Source of the DNA: an uncultured Candidatus Peribacteria bacterium
Lineage (GTDB): Bacteria > Patescibacteriota > Gracilibacteria > Peribacterales > Peribacteraceae
Direction of reading: 5' to 3'
Assembly (NCBI GenBank): GCA_964554785.1
Contig: CAZKPW010000003.1
Span: 98,243-162,242 of the forward strand
DNA length: 64,000 nucleotides
Shown: positions 16,846-26,218 of the stretch, piece after piece
Layout of the letters: each line of letters starts with the position of its first letter
How positions within the stretch are numbered: position 1 is the first letter of the stretch
Program-made: the position numbers and the translations under genes
The notes under the pieces: model-generated
Database searches by the model: none
What the model was told of the DNA's origin: nothing
The model's input: only the letters and a program-made list of their open reading frames with translations

Positions 16846-19443
16846 TTAGACAATTGTAAGCTCCAGATCGTTTTCGATCTTTTCTGCCTTTTTAGCTTTA
16901 CCGTGCATTAATTCCAACTTATCGCCGGTTTTGCGGATGACCTTAATCATGTCGCCTTTGTGGAAGACTCCTTTCAGAATATCTTCGGCAATTTCATCTT
17001 CGACCAATTCTTGAATGACGCGGCGGACCGGGCGAGCCCCGTATTCGGGATCGAATCCCTTGGTTGCAAGAACGTTGATGGCTTTTGGATCAACTTCCAA
17101 ACCATATCCCTGGTCCTTCAAACGCTTCTCGAGTTCTTCCAGATGCGTCTTCACAATTTTTCGGATGTGAACCTGGTTGAGCGCATTGAAGATAATAATA
17201 TGATCGATACGGTTCAGGAATTCCGGACGCATGTTGTCTTTCAGTTCACTCAGAACTTCCTGCTTCTTTGCTTCGTATTCGCTCTCTTCGGATCCTGCTT
17301 CGTCTTCCAGCTTGAACCCGATCTTGGCGGCCTGCTTGGTTAGTTTTGCCGCACCGATGTTACTGGTCATCACAATGATCGTGTTTTTGAAGTCGACCAC
17401 TTTCCCCTGACCGTCGGTGAGGGTTCCGTCTTCCAAAATCTGGAGGAGGAGATTGAAGAATTCCGGATGTGCTTTTTCCACTTCATCGAAGAGGACCACG
17501 GAGTACGGCTTGCGACGGACTGCTTCGGTTAATTGTCCACCTTCTTCGTATCCCACATATCCGGCGGTTGCACCAATCAAACGTGACACGTTGTGGCGCT
17601 CCATGAACTCGGACATATCAATCTTGATGAGCGCGTCGTCGCGGTGGAAGACCTCTCGTGCAAGGGTGCGAACCAGTTCCGTTTTTCCAACTCCCGTAGG
17701 ACCCAGGAAGAGGAAAGAACCAATGGGGCGGCGATTGTCGCCAATGCCTACGCGGGAGCGGCGGATGGCGCGCGATACCTTGCGGATGGCGTCGTCTTGG
17801 CCAATGACATGTGCACGGAGAATTTGTTCGAGTGTGGCAAGGCGCTTGGCTTCCGGCTTCATCATTTTCATAACGGGTACACCGGTCATACGTGCGACCA
17901 CTCCGGCAATATCGTCCGGGGTAATACTGACGGGAGTGCGCTTATCGCCGTCTGCTTCGGAGAGCATGCGTTCGCGCTTTTCTTTCAGTTCCTGCTGTTC
18001 CTGTTTCAGCTTCAATGCTTGATGATACTTCTGTTCCTTCACCGCTTCTTGCTGCTTCAGTCCGAGCGTTGCCAATTTATCTTCCACTGCCTGCAGTTCC
18101 GGGGAAATGCGTGCGTGCTGGAGACTCTTTCCTGCTGCGGCTTCATCCAATACATCGATAGCCTTGTCCGGCAAGAAGCGTTCTGTGAGGTAACGGCTGC
18201 TCAGTTGGACCGATGCCTCGATGGCGTCGTCCCCAATGCTTAGGTGATGAAACTGTTCGAAGGATTGCTTCAGTCCTTTTAGGATTTCGATGGCATCTTT
18301 CAGAGTCGGTTCTTCCACTTGGACCGGTTGGAATCTGCGCTCGAGCGCGCGATCCTTTTCGACCGTGCGATATTCTTCTAACGTGGTGGCGCCAATCACT
18401 TGAATGGTGGCGCGACTGAGAGCGGGCTTCAGAATATTGGCTGCATCCAAGGAACCTTCCGCACTTCCCGCACCCACCACTGTGTGAATTTCATCAATAA
18501 ACAGAATGATTTGTTTATCGCTCTGTGTTGCTTCTTTAATGATGTCTTCAAAACGCTGTTCGAATTCACCGCGGTACTTGGTACCTGCCACAAGTGATCC
18601 CAAATTCAACACAAGCACGCGCTTATTTTTGAGAGAGTCGGGGACCTTGCCCGTGGCAATTCTCTGTGCGAGTCCTTCCACAATTGCCGTTTTTCCCACA
18701 CCCGGTTCTCCAATGAGCACGGGGTTATTTTTCGTTTTGCGATTGAGGATATGAATCACGCGTTCAATTTCGTTATCGCGTCCGATAATAGGATCGATCT
18801 TGCTCTCGCGCGCCTTTGCAACAAGGTCATCGGTGAAGTAATCGAGCGCCGGAGTTTTACTGTTGGCATCGCCGCGTTTGCGCTTAAGGCCTTCGGGTTC
18901 CGTTGTGCCGTTTGCGTTGCCGCCGGCAATGGCGCCCTGGAGGCCGTGGAAGAATGATTCGAGTGATTGCTCCACGTTTCTATTTTGCTGACGGAATTGA
19001 TTGATCTGCCCGAACATTTCTTCAATGTGTGATTTTAAATCTTCGGGATCCACCTGCATATTTTCCAGAAGCAATGTTCCGGCGTTTTTTCCTGTTGAAA
19101 CGAGAGCATAGAGAAGGTGCTCCGTTCCTACGTTCGTGTGGCGGAATTTGTGAGCGGTGACGACTGCTTGCTCAATGACTGTGTGTAGGAATGTCGAAAG
19201 TCCGTGCTTCACATGTTTTCCTTCAATGCTCGGTGTCTTCGATGCCTTCAAAAGAATGCGGACATTTTCGAGCGTGACGCCTGCTCCCGTAAAAATAGAG
19301 AAGGCGAGGGATTTTGGAATACTCAGGAGTCCCAAGAGCAGATGCTCCGTTCCGATATACGTATTTTGCATGGTCTTTGCCTCCTGCTCTGCAATCTGCA
19401 GCGCAAGTTTGGCATTTGGAGTGAATCGGTCGAATGGGTGCAT
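16846..19443 (-). CDS. clpC: Clp/Hsp100 AAA+ chaperone, ClpC-type (short UVR-like middle domain)
   Basis: 865 aa. Clp_N repeats, two AAA modules (GEPGVGKTA.., GPTGVGKTE..), and a short middle region EAVKEQKYHQALKLKQEQQELKEK resembling the ClpC UVR motif. Confidence 0.9.
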   Translation of the reverse strand: MHPFDRFTPNAKLALQIAEQEAKTMQNTYIGTEHLLLGLLSIPKSLAFSIFTGAGVTLENVRILLKASKTPSIEGKHVKHGLSTFLHTVIEQAVVTAHKFRHTNVGTEHLLYALVSTGKNAGTLLLENMQVDPEDLKSHIEEMFGQINQFRQQNRNVEQSLESFFHGLQGAIAGGNANGTTEPEGLKRKRGDANSKTPALDYFTDDLVAKARESKIDPIIGRDNEIERVIHILNRKTKNNPVLIGEPGVGKTAIVEGLAQRIATGKVPDSLKNKRVLVLNLGSLVAGTKYRGEFEQRFEDIIKEATQSDKQIILFIDEIHTVVGAGSAEGSLDAANILKPALSRATIQVIGATTLEEYRTVEKDRALERRFQPVQVEEPTLKDAIEILKGLKQSFEQFHHLSIGDDAIEASVQLSSRYLTERFLPDKAIDVLDEAAAGKSLQHARISPELQAVEDKLATLGLKQQEAVKEQKYHQALKLKQEQQELKEKRERMLSEADGDKRTPVSITPDDIAGVVARMTGVPVMKMMKPEAKRLATLEQILRAHVIGQDDAIRKVSRAIRRSRVGIGDNRRPIGSFLFLGPTGVGKTELVRTLAREVFHRDDALIKIDMSEFMERHNVSRLIGATAGYVGYEEGGQLTEAVRRKPYSVVLFDEVEKAHPEFFNLLLQILEDGTLTDGQGKVVDFKNTIIVMTSNIGAAKLTKQAAKIGFKLEDEAGSEESEYEAKKQEVLSELKDNMRPEFLNRIDHIIIFNALNQVHIRKIVKTHLEELEKRLKDQGYGLEVDPKAINVLATKGFDPEYGARPVRRVIQELVEDEIAEDILKGVFHKGDMIKVIRKTGDKLELMHGKAKKAEKIENDLELTIV

Positions 19444-19474
19444 AACGGGAACGGGGAGGAAAAATTGAACTTGT

Positions 19475-19501
19475 TTATCACTTAGTAATTAAGAGTGATA
19501 A
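19475..19501. promoter_or_regulatory. CIRCE-like inverted repeat (TTATCACTT-N9-GAGTGATAA) 32 nt upstream of the clpC start
   Basis: 9-bp arms, 9-nt spacer, 8/9 self-complementary. Compare the HrcA operator consensus TTAGCACTC-N9-GAGTGCTAA. Confidence 0.55.
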
Positions 19502-19628
19502 CTCTGATCCAGTTCTGGGAACTGTACCATAAACCCCTCGAAGAGGGGAAGTATGCAGGATCAAAAAAGATGGTATTTTTGTGGATAGCACGACTGCGCT
19601 TTGGTCAGCGGAAAAACGCCGCATTTTT

Positions 19629-20894
19629 TTAGCGCGTATACGGTGCTGGGGAGCGACGGAAATCATCCAAGAAAATGGTGACGATGGTCGTGACGGGAAC
19701 GGCAAGAAGAAGACCGAGAATGGGATGAATCACTTCCGGGAAACTGAGTGCGGTCAACATGGCAAAGATAATGGCGATAGGGGAGAGTCCCACGGCGCGC
19801 TTCATAATGAGCGGAACAAGGAGATTATTTTCACACCACTGAATAACGTAGTACACGCCGGCAATAATCAATGCCCACACAAATCCTCCTTCCGTGAGTG
19901 CAATCAGAATGGAAGGTATGGCGGCAATGAACGGACCGACATAGGGAATGAACTCCGTGAAGCCTGCAAGAATGGAGAGTGTAATGGCGTAAGGAATACG
20001 GAGAATGGTAAGAGCCACAAAGACCAAGAGCCCAATGCTGATACCGAGCAATAGCTGTCCGCGTGCCCACTGGCCGATTTTCTGCTGGATCGCTTCTGTC
20101 TTCGTATCGATATATGCGCGGTACCGAGAAGGGAAGAAGCTTCGGAACCAAGATCGCAAATTCTCACGCTCAATCTGAATGAAGAACGCAAGGACTAAGA
20201 CAATGACTAAATTCACAAAGAAATCGAGTACGCTGCCCGCAACCTTCGTTGCAAAGAAGAAGGAGCCCTGCGCTACGGCAGACATATTGGAGCTCACGCT
20301 TTGCAGTGCATCGGTAAAGCGCGTAATAGAAAGGTTTTGCAGTGTTACGCGTACGAATTCCGTCATTTGGCGGTTCACTTCCGTTGTGACGAGTGGTAGA
20401 GAAATCTGCGGGTTATTCAGGAAGCTGTTTACACTGTCGTTAATGAGAATCGCGATTTGTTGTAACTGCGTGGCGATAATTGGAATAAGCGAGATGACCA
20501 GAAACATGAAAGCAAAGAGCGCCAAGAAGTAATGCAGAAGCACTCCTATGCCGCGCGGGAATCCCATGCGTTCCATCATGCGGACGCCCGGATCAATAAT
20601 GGCGGCCACGAAAAATCCAAGGAGCATGAGAATAAGTTTGTCTCGAAGAATGACAATCATCCACGCTCCAATACCAATGGCGATAATGATGAGTGTTGCC
20701 TGCATAATACTCGTGAGCGAGAAGCGCACGGTCATGCTGTTTGCATCGGTAGGAAGATCGTCTGTATCCGGAAGGTCTGTTCCTTTCGGTTCACGCTTTT
20801 TTAATTCTTTTGCTTTTAAAAACAAATCCTGAGCGCGTTTTCCAAGAATGCGGAAAGACGTGAAGTTGTCGGTGGATTTTTTACCGGAGGCCAT
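19629..20894 (-). CDS. AI-2E family transporter (PerM/UPF0118)
   Basis: 421 aa, polytopic. ..FIPYVGPFIAAIPSILIAL.. is the typical AI-2E C-terminal half. Confidence 0.85.
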   Translation of the reverse strand: MASGKKSTDNFTSFRILGKRAQDLFLKAKELKKREPKGTDLPDTDDLPTDANSMTVRFSLTSIMQATLIIIAIGIGAWMIVILRDKLILMLLGFFVAAIIDPGVRMMERMGFPRGIGVLLHYFLALFAFMFLVISLIPIIATQLQQIAILINDSVNSFLNNPQISLPLVTTEVNRQMTEFVRVTLQNLSITRFTDALQSVSSNMSAVAQGSFFFATKVAGSVLDFFVNLVIVLVLAFFIQIERENLRSWFRSFFPSRYRAYIDTKTEAIQQKIGQWARGQLLLGISIGLLVFVALTILRIPYAITLSILAGFTEFIPYVGPFIAAIPSILIALTEGGFVWALIIAGVYYVIQWCENNLLVPLIMKRAVGLSPIAIIFAMLTALSFPEVIHPILGLLLAVPVTTIVTIFLDDFRRSPAPYTR

Positions 20895-20939
20895 AATGAG
20901 TACGAGTTATGAATTATGAAGTATGAATAATACGGAGCG

Positions 20940-21404
20940 TTAACCGAGAATAACGTTGAGGACGAGATCGAGAATAAGGAAAGTACAGGTCGCAATAATC
21001 AGCCCGCCGATGGACCACTTCAGGCGCTCTTTTCCCGCACCCTTATCCGATTCTCCAATGTAGGCAATGGCTAATTGATAGCCTGCATACATGACGTTTA
21101 AAATAAAGAACACGCCCACAAATCCATACACAAACGTGATCAAATGTCCTACGAATTGCGGGATACATGCAGCCGATATGCGTCCTGTCACAAAGCCGCT
21201 CCCTCCTGCCGTTGCCCCCGCGCCCGCTCCTCCGCCAACCCCTACCGTATCCTCGCATCCTATGATATCGGTCAAAATACCCCATGCCGTCCCGGAACTG
21301 GCTGCGGATGAAGCTGCCGCAAAGGTTGTTTCTACGGGGAAGCTCGCTAAAGGCAAAAATAGGACAGTCAGCAGCGCAATGAGGAAATATCGTTTTGAAA
21401 ACAT
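20940..21404 (-). CDS. T4SS pilin-like (VirB2/TrbC-type) secreted membrane protein, lone paralog
   Basis: Signal peptide, Gly/Ala-rich spacer, then two TM helices around MYAGYQLAIAYIGESDKGAGKERLKWSIGGLII. Same layout as the 36.1-37.6 kb paralogs. Confidence 0.65.
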   Translation of the reverse strand: MFSKRYFLIALLTVLFLPLASFPVETTFAAASSAASSGTAWGILTDIIGCEDTVGVGGGAGAGATAGGSGFVTGRISAACIPQFVGHLITFVYGFVGVFFILNVMYAGYQLAIAYIGESDKGAGKERLKWSIGGLIIATCTFLILDLVLNVILG

Positions 21405-21508
21405 AGATTGTTCCCTTCTACGATACGCAGCTTTCGGGTATTCTTGGAGGGTTAAACCGGTGTTTTGGCTCGCAATTTGAGCCGTTTATGTTTCGGTAAC
21501 CTGTTTCT

Positions 21509-22483
21509 ATGTCTTTCTCTTGGTCCACTGCCACTCGGCCGATCATCGCACTTGCTCCTATGGCGGGTGTGACCGATGCGTCGTATCGACAGTTGATTAA
21601 AAAAATCGCACCGGAAACGGTGGTGTATACGGAATTTTTGAGCACGGATGCGCTCGCATTTGGCGGAAAGAAAACCATGAAGATGATGTCCTTCGATCCG
21701 GAGATCGAGCGTCCGTTTATTGTGCAGGTTTTTGGCCATGACCCGAATCACTTTTTGGAAGCTGCAAAAATTATTGAACAGGAAGGAGCGGATGGAATCG
21801 ATATCAACATGGGATGTCCCGCTGCCAAAGTGGTGTCGTCGTGTCATGGCGCTGCACTCATTCGTAAACCCGAACTTGCCGCAGAATTGGTGCACGCCAC
21901 CAAGAAAGCAATTTCCATTCCGGTGAGTGTGAAGACGCGTTTAGGATGGGACACGGAAGAAACATTGATTCCGTTTTGTGTGGCACTGGAGGCTGCGGGC
22001 GCAGAAGCGTTTGCAATTCATGGTCGCACGTTTCAGGATAAATTCACGGGCAAGGCGCGTTGGGATAAAATTTACGAACTCAAAAAAATGGTAAAGGTGC
22101 CGGTCATTGGGAACGGCGATATTCGTACCGCGGAAGATGCGCTCGAAAAAATCGGGAATTTGGACGGCGTCATGATTGGTCGCGGGACCTTTGGAAATCC
22201 GTGGGTGATGGGCGAGATTGTCGAAGCGCTCTACAAGAAAGCGGGGATCGATCGACTGTTGCAAGACGGCTTGCAGACGCCGCAAACATTCCAGGAACGT
22301 ATTCCTATGATTCTCACACATTGTGAACTCGCAGTGAAAACGAAAGGGGAGCAGCGAGGGATGCTCGAAATGCGCAGACATTTGGCAAGTTATGTGAAGG
22401 GATTCGACGGAGCATCCGAAATGCGTCAGAAATTGGTGCACGTGGAAACGTTTGAGGGAGCAAAGGCGATATTGTGTGCGTGA
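21509..22483 (+). CDS. tRNA-dihydrouridine synthase
   Basis: IALAPMAGVTDASYRQL..VQVFGHDP..GIDINMGCP..SVKTRLGW..HGRT.. are Dus-family motifs. Confidence 0.9.
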   Translation: MSFSWSTATRPIIALAPMAGVTDASYRQLIKKIAPETVVYTEFLSTDALAFGGKKTMKMMSFDPEIERPFIVQVFGHDPNHFLEAAKIIEQEGADGIDINMGCPAAKVVSSCHGAALIRKPELAAELVHATKKAISIPVSVKTRLGWDTEETLIPFCVALEAAGAEAFAIHGRTFQDKFTGKARWDKIYELKKMVKVPVIGNGDIRTAEDALEKIGNLDGVMIGRGTFGNPWVMGEIVEALYKKAGIDRLLQDGLQTPQTFQERIPMILTHCELAVKTKGEQRGMLEMRRHLASYVKGFDGASEMRQKLVHVETFEGAKAILCA

Positions 22484-22906
22484 TTATTGTTCTTTGCTGT
22501 AAAACTTTTGTGCTTGGTCGACAATACGGTTTCGTGCAGCTTCGATAGTTTCGCCTGTTTTTGCAATAATCGAAGCGAGTGATTCATCTGTTAATGTTTC
22601 TTTTATACGTTGAACCTTCATGTCCAGAGCTTCTATGGAAAAAGTAGTGGATGTACGCGGCGAAGGCGTCTCATATTTCATGCTGATTTCCGGGGTGGGT
22701 GGGGTGCGCGTTTCCTGGGGTTCGCTTTCTCTTTTGGTTAATAATTTTTCAATGCAATTGGTGACAACTTTTTGTAAAACGATGGGTCTCTGTTTTTTTG
22801 CTTGTGCAATAAGATCTTCAAAGATGGAAAACGTCGCCAGATGATCGGCAAGGTTGGTGACATCTTCCTGATCTGCGCCCTCGAGTGAATTGATTAGTGA
22901 AAGCAT
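22484..22906 (-). CDS. Hypothetical protein
   Basis: 140-aa ORF whose stop abuts the dus stop. No recognisable family. Confidence 0.45.
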   Translation of the reverse strand: MLSLINSLEGADQEDVTNLADHLATFSIFEDLIAQAKKQRPIVLQKVVTNCIEKLLTKRESEPQETRTPPTPEISMKYETPSPRTSTTFSIEALDMKVQRIKETLTDESLASIIAKTGETIEAARNRIVDQAQKFYSKEQ

Positions 22907-22973
22907 TACCTTAGATAATACGCCTTCTTTTTATGCGTCCAGATTCGAGGTCTACGAAGTACACTCTGCTTCA

Positions 22974-23001
22974 CAAAAAAGCGGAGCCGAAGCCCCGCTT
23001 G
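22974..23001 (-). terminator. Rho-independent terminator after rplA
   Basis: aagcggagc-cgaa-gccccgctt with a T-run on the minus strand. Confidence 0.7.
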
Positions 23002-23021
23002 AGAGTCTCTGGAAGTGATTT

Positions 23022-23729
23022 TTACAGTTGAATCTTCACACCTGGGCCCATTGTTGGGGCAATCGTAACGGAAATGACGTAGGTGTTCTTGATTCCGGAC
23101 GGGCGAGCTTCCTCGATACCGGCCATGAGTGCCTTGAGGTTTTCTGCAAGCTTTGCTCCGCCGAATGATACTTTACCAAATGGTACGTGGATGATTCCGA
23201 ACTTATCCATCTTACATTCGATGCGTCCTTTCTTGAGTGCTTCAATAGTTTTTCCAACGTTTTCTGTAACAGTTCCTGCCTTCGGGTTTGGCATCAGACC
23301 TTTCTGTCCGAGGGACTTTGCAATCTTACCAAGGTTTTTCATCATGGCCGGAACGGCGATAGCGACATCGAAGTTGATTTCGCCTCCTTCGATAGCCTTA
23401 ATAAGGTCGTCGTTTCCGTAGACGTCTGCACCTGCTTTCTTTGCTTCGTCGAATAAATCATCCGGAACGAAAGCGGCAACACGCACAGTCTTACCTGTTC
23501 CGTGCGGGAGGTTGACGGTTGTGCGGACCAATTGGTCGGCCTGTGTGGTATCGGCATTAATGCGGATGTGTGCTTCTGCGGTTGCATCGAACTTTGTGGT
23601 GCTGAGCTTACCCACGAGTTCTACTGCTTCCTCGATAGGATAAGACTTGTTGCCATCAACAAGACCCGCAACGGCGCGGTACTTCTTTCCGCGGACTTTC
23701 TCGCGCGGCTGCTGTGTCTGCTTGGACAT
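23022..23729 (-). CDS. rplA: 50S ribosomal protein L1
   Basis: MSKQTQQPREKVRGKKYRAV..YPIEEAVELV..KFDATAEAHIRI..LPHGTGK. The Met at 23729 is preferred. Confidence 0.95.
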   Translation of the reverse strand: MSKQTQQPREKVRGKKYRAVAGLVDGNKSYPIEEAVELVGKLSTTKFDATAEAHIRINADTTQADQLVRTTVNLPHGTGKTVRVAAFVPDDLFDEAKKAGADVYGNDDLIKAIEGGEINFDVAIAVPAMMKNLGKIAKSLGQKGLMPNPKAGTVTENVGKTIEALKKGRIECKMDKFGIIHVPFGKVSFGGAKLAENLKALMAGIEEARPSGIKNTYVISVTIAPTMGPGVKIQL

Positions 23730-23888
23730 AAAAAGAGGGGGGAATGTGGTATCCATTCTGTAACATCAGATGACGTCAGAAGGGGGCTCGCCATGTACCC
23801 GAACAAAGTGAGTGGTTCATGGCTCCCACAAATAAGTGCGGAGATTTTGCCTATTTCTCCTTACTTTTGCAAGGGAAAGGAAGGTCTA

Positions 23889-24581
23889 TTATCGAGTCTT
23901 CTTTACTCCCGGCTTTGTTGTTTTAGCAGCCATAACAGGGCTTTTGCGTGGAGGCAGAGTCGAACGAACGGATACTTTCTTTGGAGGTGTCGGATGAACC
24001 GTGAACCAACAGAGGAGAATACCGTAGAAGAACATCACCAAATGCACATTCCACCAACCTTCCGGTTGTTCACTGCCGCCGACTAGGAGTTCCAAAACAA
24101 AGGATAAGCTTGTGAAAAGTGCCACAACAAGACCGATAAATTTCCAAGAATAAAAGAAGAGCGCTGCAGGAATAGCCTTGGAATCTGCATCGACTTTCTG
24201 AAGCAGCGAATCGTGCCACAAATACGTAATTCCTCCAATAATGAAGAGGACCAAGAGCCCCAAGTATGTATTGCTTGCCAGAACCTGATGTGAAATGACC
24301 GCATATAAAGCGGGCAAGCCACCCGCAGTCATAAAAATAACACCCAGTGATTGTGCCAAGTATCCGTATGCAGCCAGTGCCAACGATTCAGGCTTTGTTC
24401 CGGCGCGAGCGAGTCCCGGTAAGACCAATACTACAAAGAGAATCAAAACGGCAATCGGCAGAAGGAATCCGGAAAAGATACCAACCGATTGGAAGAGTGC
24501 AGTCGTGGAGATGGGGGACATAGGAATCAAAGGCGATCTGGAAGGAGGATTATAGGATACGTTTGATTCGAAAAAGTGCAC
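23889..24581 (-). CDS. Polytopic membrane protein, unknown function, inserted between rplK and rplA
   Basis: 230 aa with about 6 hydrophobic helices and a basic C-terminus. Confidence 0.6.
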   Translation of the reverse strand: MHFFESNVSYNPPSRSPLIPMSPISTTALFQSVGIFSGFLLPIAVLILFVVLVLPGLARAGTKPESLALAAYGYLAQSLGVIFMTAGGLPALYAVISHQVLASNTYLGLLVLFIIGGITYLWHDSLLQKVDADSKAIPAALFFYSWKFIGLVVALFTSLSFVLELLVGGSEQPEGWWNVHLVMFFYGILLCWFTVHPTPPKKVSVRSTLPPRKSPVMAAKTTKPGVKKTR

Positions 24582-24614
24582 GTTAAAGGCGTTGCGATCT
24601 CTTTAAACCAGTTT

Positions 24615-24748
24615 GGAATAACGGAGAATATCGAGTAACCGAATAATCGAGTAACCGAATAACGGAAAGGAAAAGGAGGTATAAAAGAAAATCGGAGTAA
24701 GAGACCATGTCCCGTTACTCCGATCTCCGTTATTCCGTTACTCGAATT
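24615..24748. repeat. Oligomer-repeat palindromic element, family 3 (ggaataacggaga..cgagtaac)
   Basis: Left arm ggaataacggagaatatcgagtaaccgaataatcgagtaaccgaataacgg. Right arm cccgttactccgatctccgttattccgttactcgaatt. Imperfect inverted repeat just after the rplK stop. Confidence 0.7.
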
Positions 24749-25175
24749 AAGCAGCTTCAACCGTGATTCCCATGCTGCGTGCTGTGCCTGCAAGGGACTT
24801 CATAGCGGCTTCGACATCGTTCGCGTTCAAGTCCGGCATCTTGATAGTTGCAATTTCGCGGAGCTGAGCCTGTGTGATGTTTCCCACTTTCTTCTTGTTC
24901 GGTTCACCGCTTCCGGCCTTCACCTTGGTAATTTCCTTGATGAGTTCGGATGCAGGAGCCTGCTTTGTGACGAAAACGAATGTGCGGTCCTCATACACCG
25001 TAATCTGTACCGGAACCAACTGACCCATACGGTCTTTCGTTGCAGCGTTGAACTGCGTACAAAATCCCTGGATATCTACACCGGCCTGACCGAGGGCAGG
25101 ACCGAGTGGGGGAGCAGGGTTAGCCTGTCCGCCGCGTGCTTGCACTTTGATGACTTTCTTGATCTTCTTTGCCAT
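24747..25175 (-). CDS. rplK: 50S ribosomal protein L11
   Basis: [43 protein letters not shown].. is the canonical L11. Confidence 0.95.
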   Translation of the reverse strand: MAKKIKKVIKVQARGGQANPAPPLGPALGQAGVDIQGFCTQFNAATKDRMGQLVPVQITVYEDRTFVFVTKQAPASELIKEITKVKAGSGEPNKKKVGNITQAQLREIATIKMPDLNANDVEAAMKSLAGTARSMGITVEAA

Positions 25176-25376
25176 GTATCCGTAGGTAATTGAATGAATG
25201 AATTGAGTTCGCAGATCCTAATGATTTCTTTGTCAGAAGTAAAGCTTAATTGTATGCGTTTAAAGGTTTCTTAGGGGTTGTACGTTTTTTAGGTATTTTA
25301 GGTTTACTGAGGGAATTAATAACCCAATAAACCAACCAAACCTAACCAACCACATAAACCTAATGCTCTTAATGGC

Positions 25377-26006
25377 TTATTTTGTCGTCATTGTCTCAAT
25401 TAACGCGTTCATAACGTCATCTTTGCCGTTTGCGATGTGGAATTCGTACAAACGTTCACGAACGCGGATAAACACCAATCGTTCTGCACTGAGCGATGGA
25501 TCGGTGAATGTAAGGTAATTACGAACAGGAACGGCGTTTCCCTGCAACGTCTGATCCTTCAGATTCGTCATCTGTGGAGAGAAAGCGCTCAACAATGCTT
25601 CTTTAAGGGCAATGAAATAGCTTTTAACCTTCGGCGTTTCTATCCATGTGACAGACCCTGCACGGTCGCCGTCTTTCAAAATAGCGAGTGCCTTAATTTC
25701 TGCACCGCTTCCTGCAATTTGTGCCAAGAAGCTCAAATCATTCGTATCGGTTGTGGTGAATCCTGCAGCAGCAATAGCGCCTGCCACTTCCGGGCCGTTT
25801 TGTTTGCGAACGCCTCCCGAAGGAATGGATGTTGTCGCTACTGAACTACCCGATCCTGATGGAATTCCCGGATTATTTGCGATTTGACCCGCTTTGGAGA
25901 AGTAAAAATCAGCAATTCCCAATCCTCCTAGGAAAACTAAGAGAAGAACGGTAACGATGACTTTTGTGCGGGGTGTCATAGATCCGGAGAGGTAGGTGGC
26001 CATCAT
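25377..26006 (-). CDS. Membrane-anchored hypothetical protein
   Basis: 209 aa. N-terminal TM/signal anchor (VIVTVLLLVFLGGLGIADFYF), then a Ser/Gly linker and a globular domain. Confidence 0.6.
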   Translation of the reverse strand: MMATYLSGSMTPRTKVIVTVLLLVFLGGLGIADFYFSKAGQIANNPGIPSGSGSSVATTSIPSGGVRKQNGPEVAGAIAAAGFTTTDTNDLSFLAQIAGSGAEIKALAILKDGDRAGSVTWIETPKVKSYFIALKEALLSAFSPQMTNLKDQTLQGNAVPVRNYLTFTDPSLSAERLVFIRVRERLYEFHIANGKDDVMNALIETMTTK

Positions 26007-26111
26007 ACGTGCGTTCTACACTTTGGGGAACAGCGATGGCAGGAAGAGTATTAAATACTATAAATATAATTATGTCAAATGCTACGTTACCTACTCCTTT
26101 TCGTTTTTCAT

Positions 26112-26148
26112 CAGTAAAACGACAGTCCAGAAGGTCTGGACTGTCGTT
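26112..26148 (-). terminator. Rho-independent terminator after the coiled-coil gene
   Basis: acgacagtccag-aaggt-ctggactgtcgt followed by a T-run on the minus strand. Confidence 0.7.
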
Positions 26149-26218
26149 CGAAGTTCATCCGGTTATGGCCGGATAGTAGGGTTTCGTTGGCTCTTACCTT
26201 TGAAAAAGGTCTATCAGG

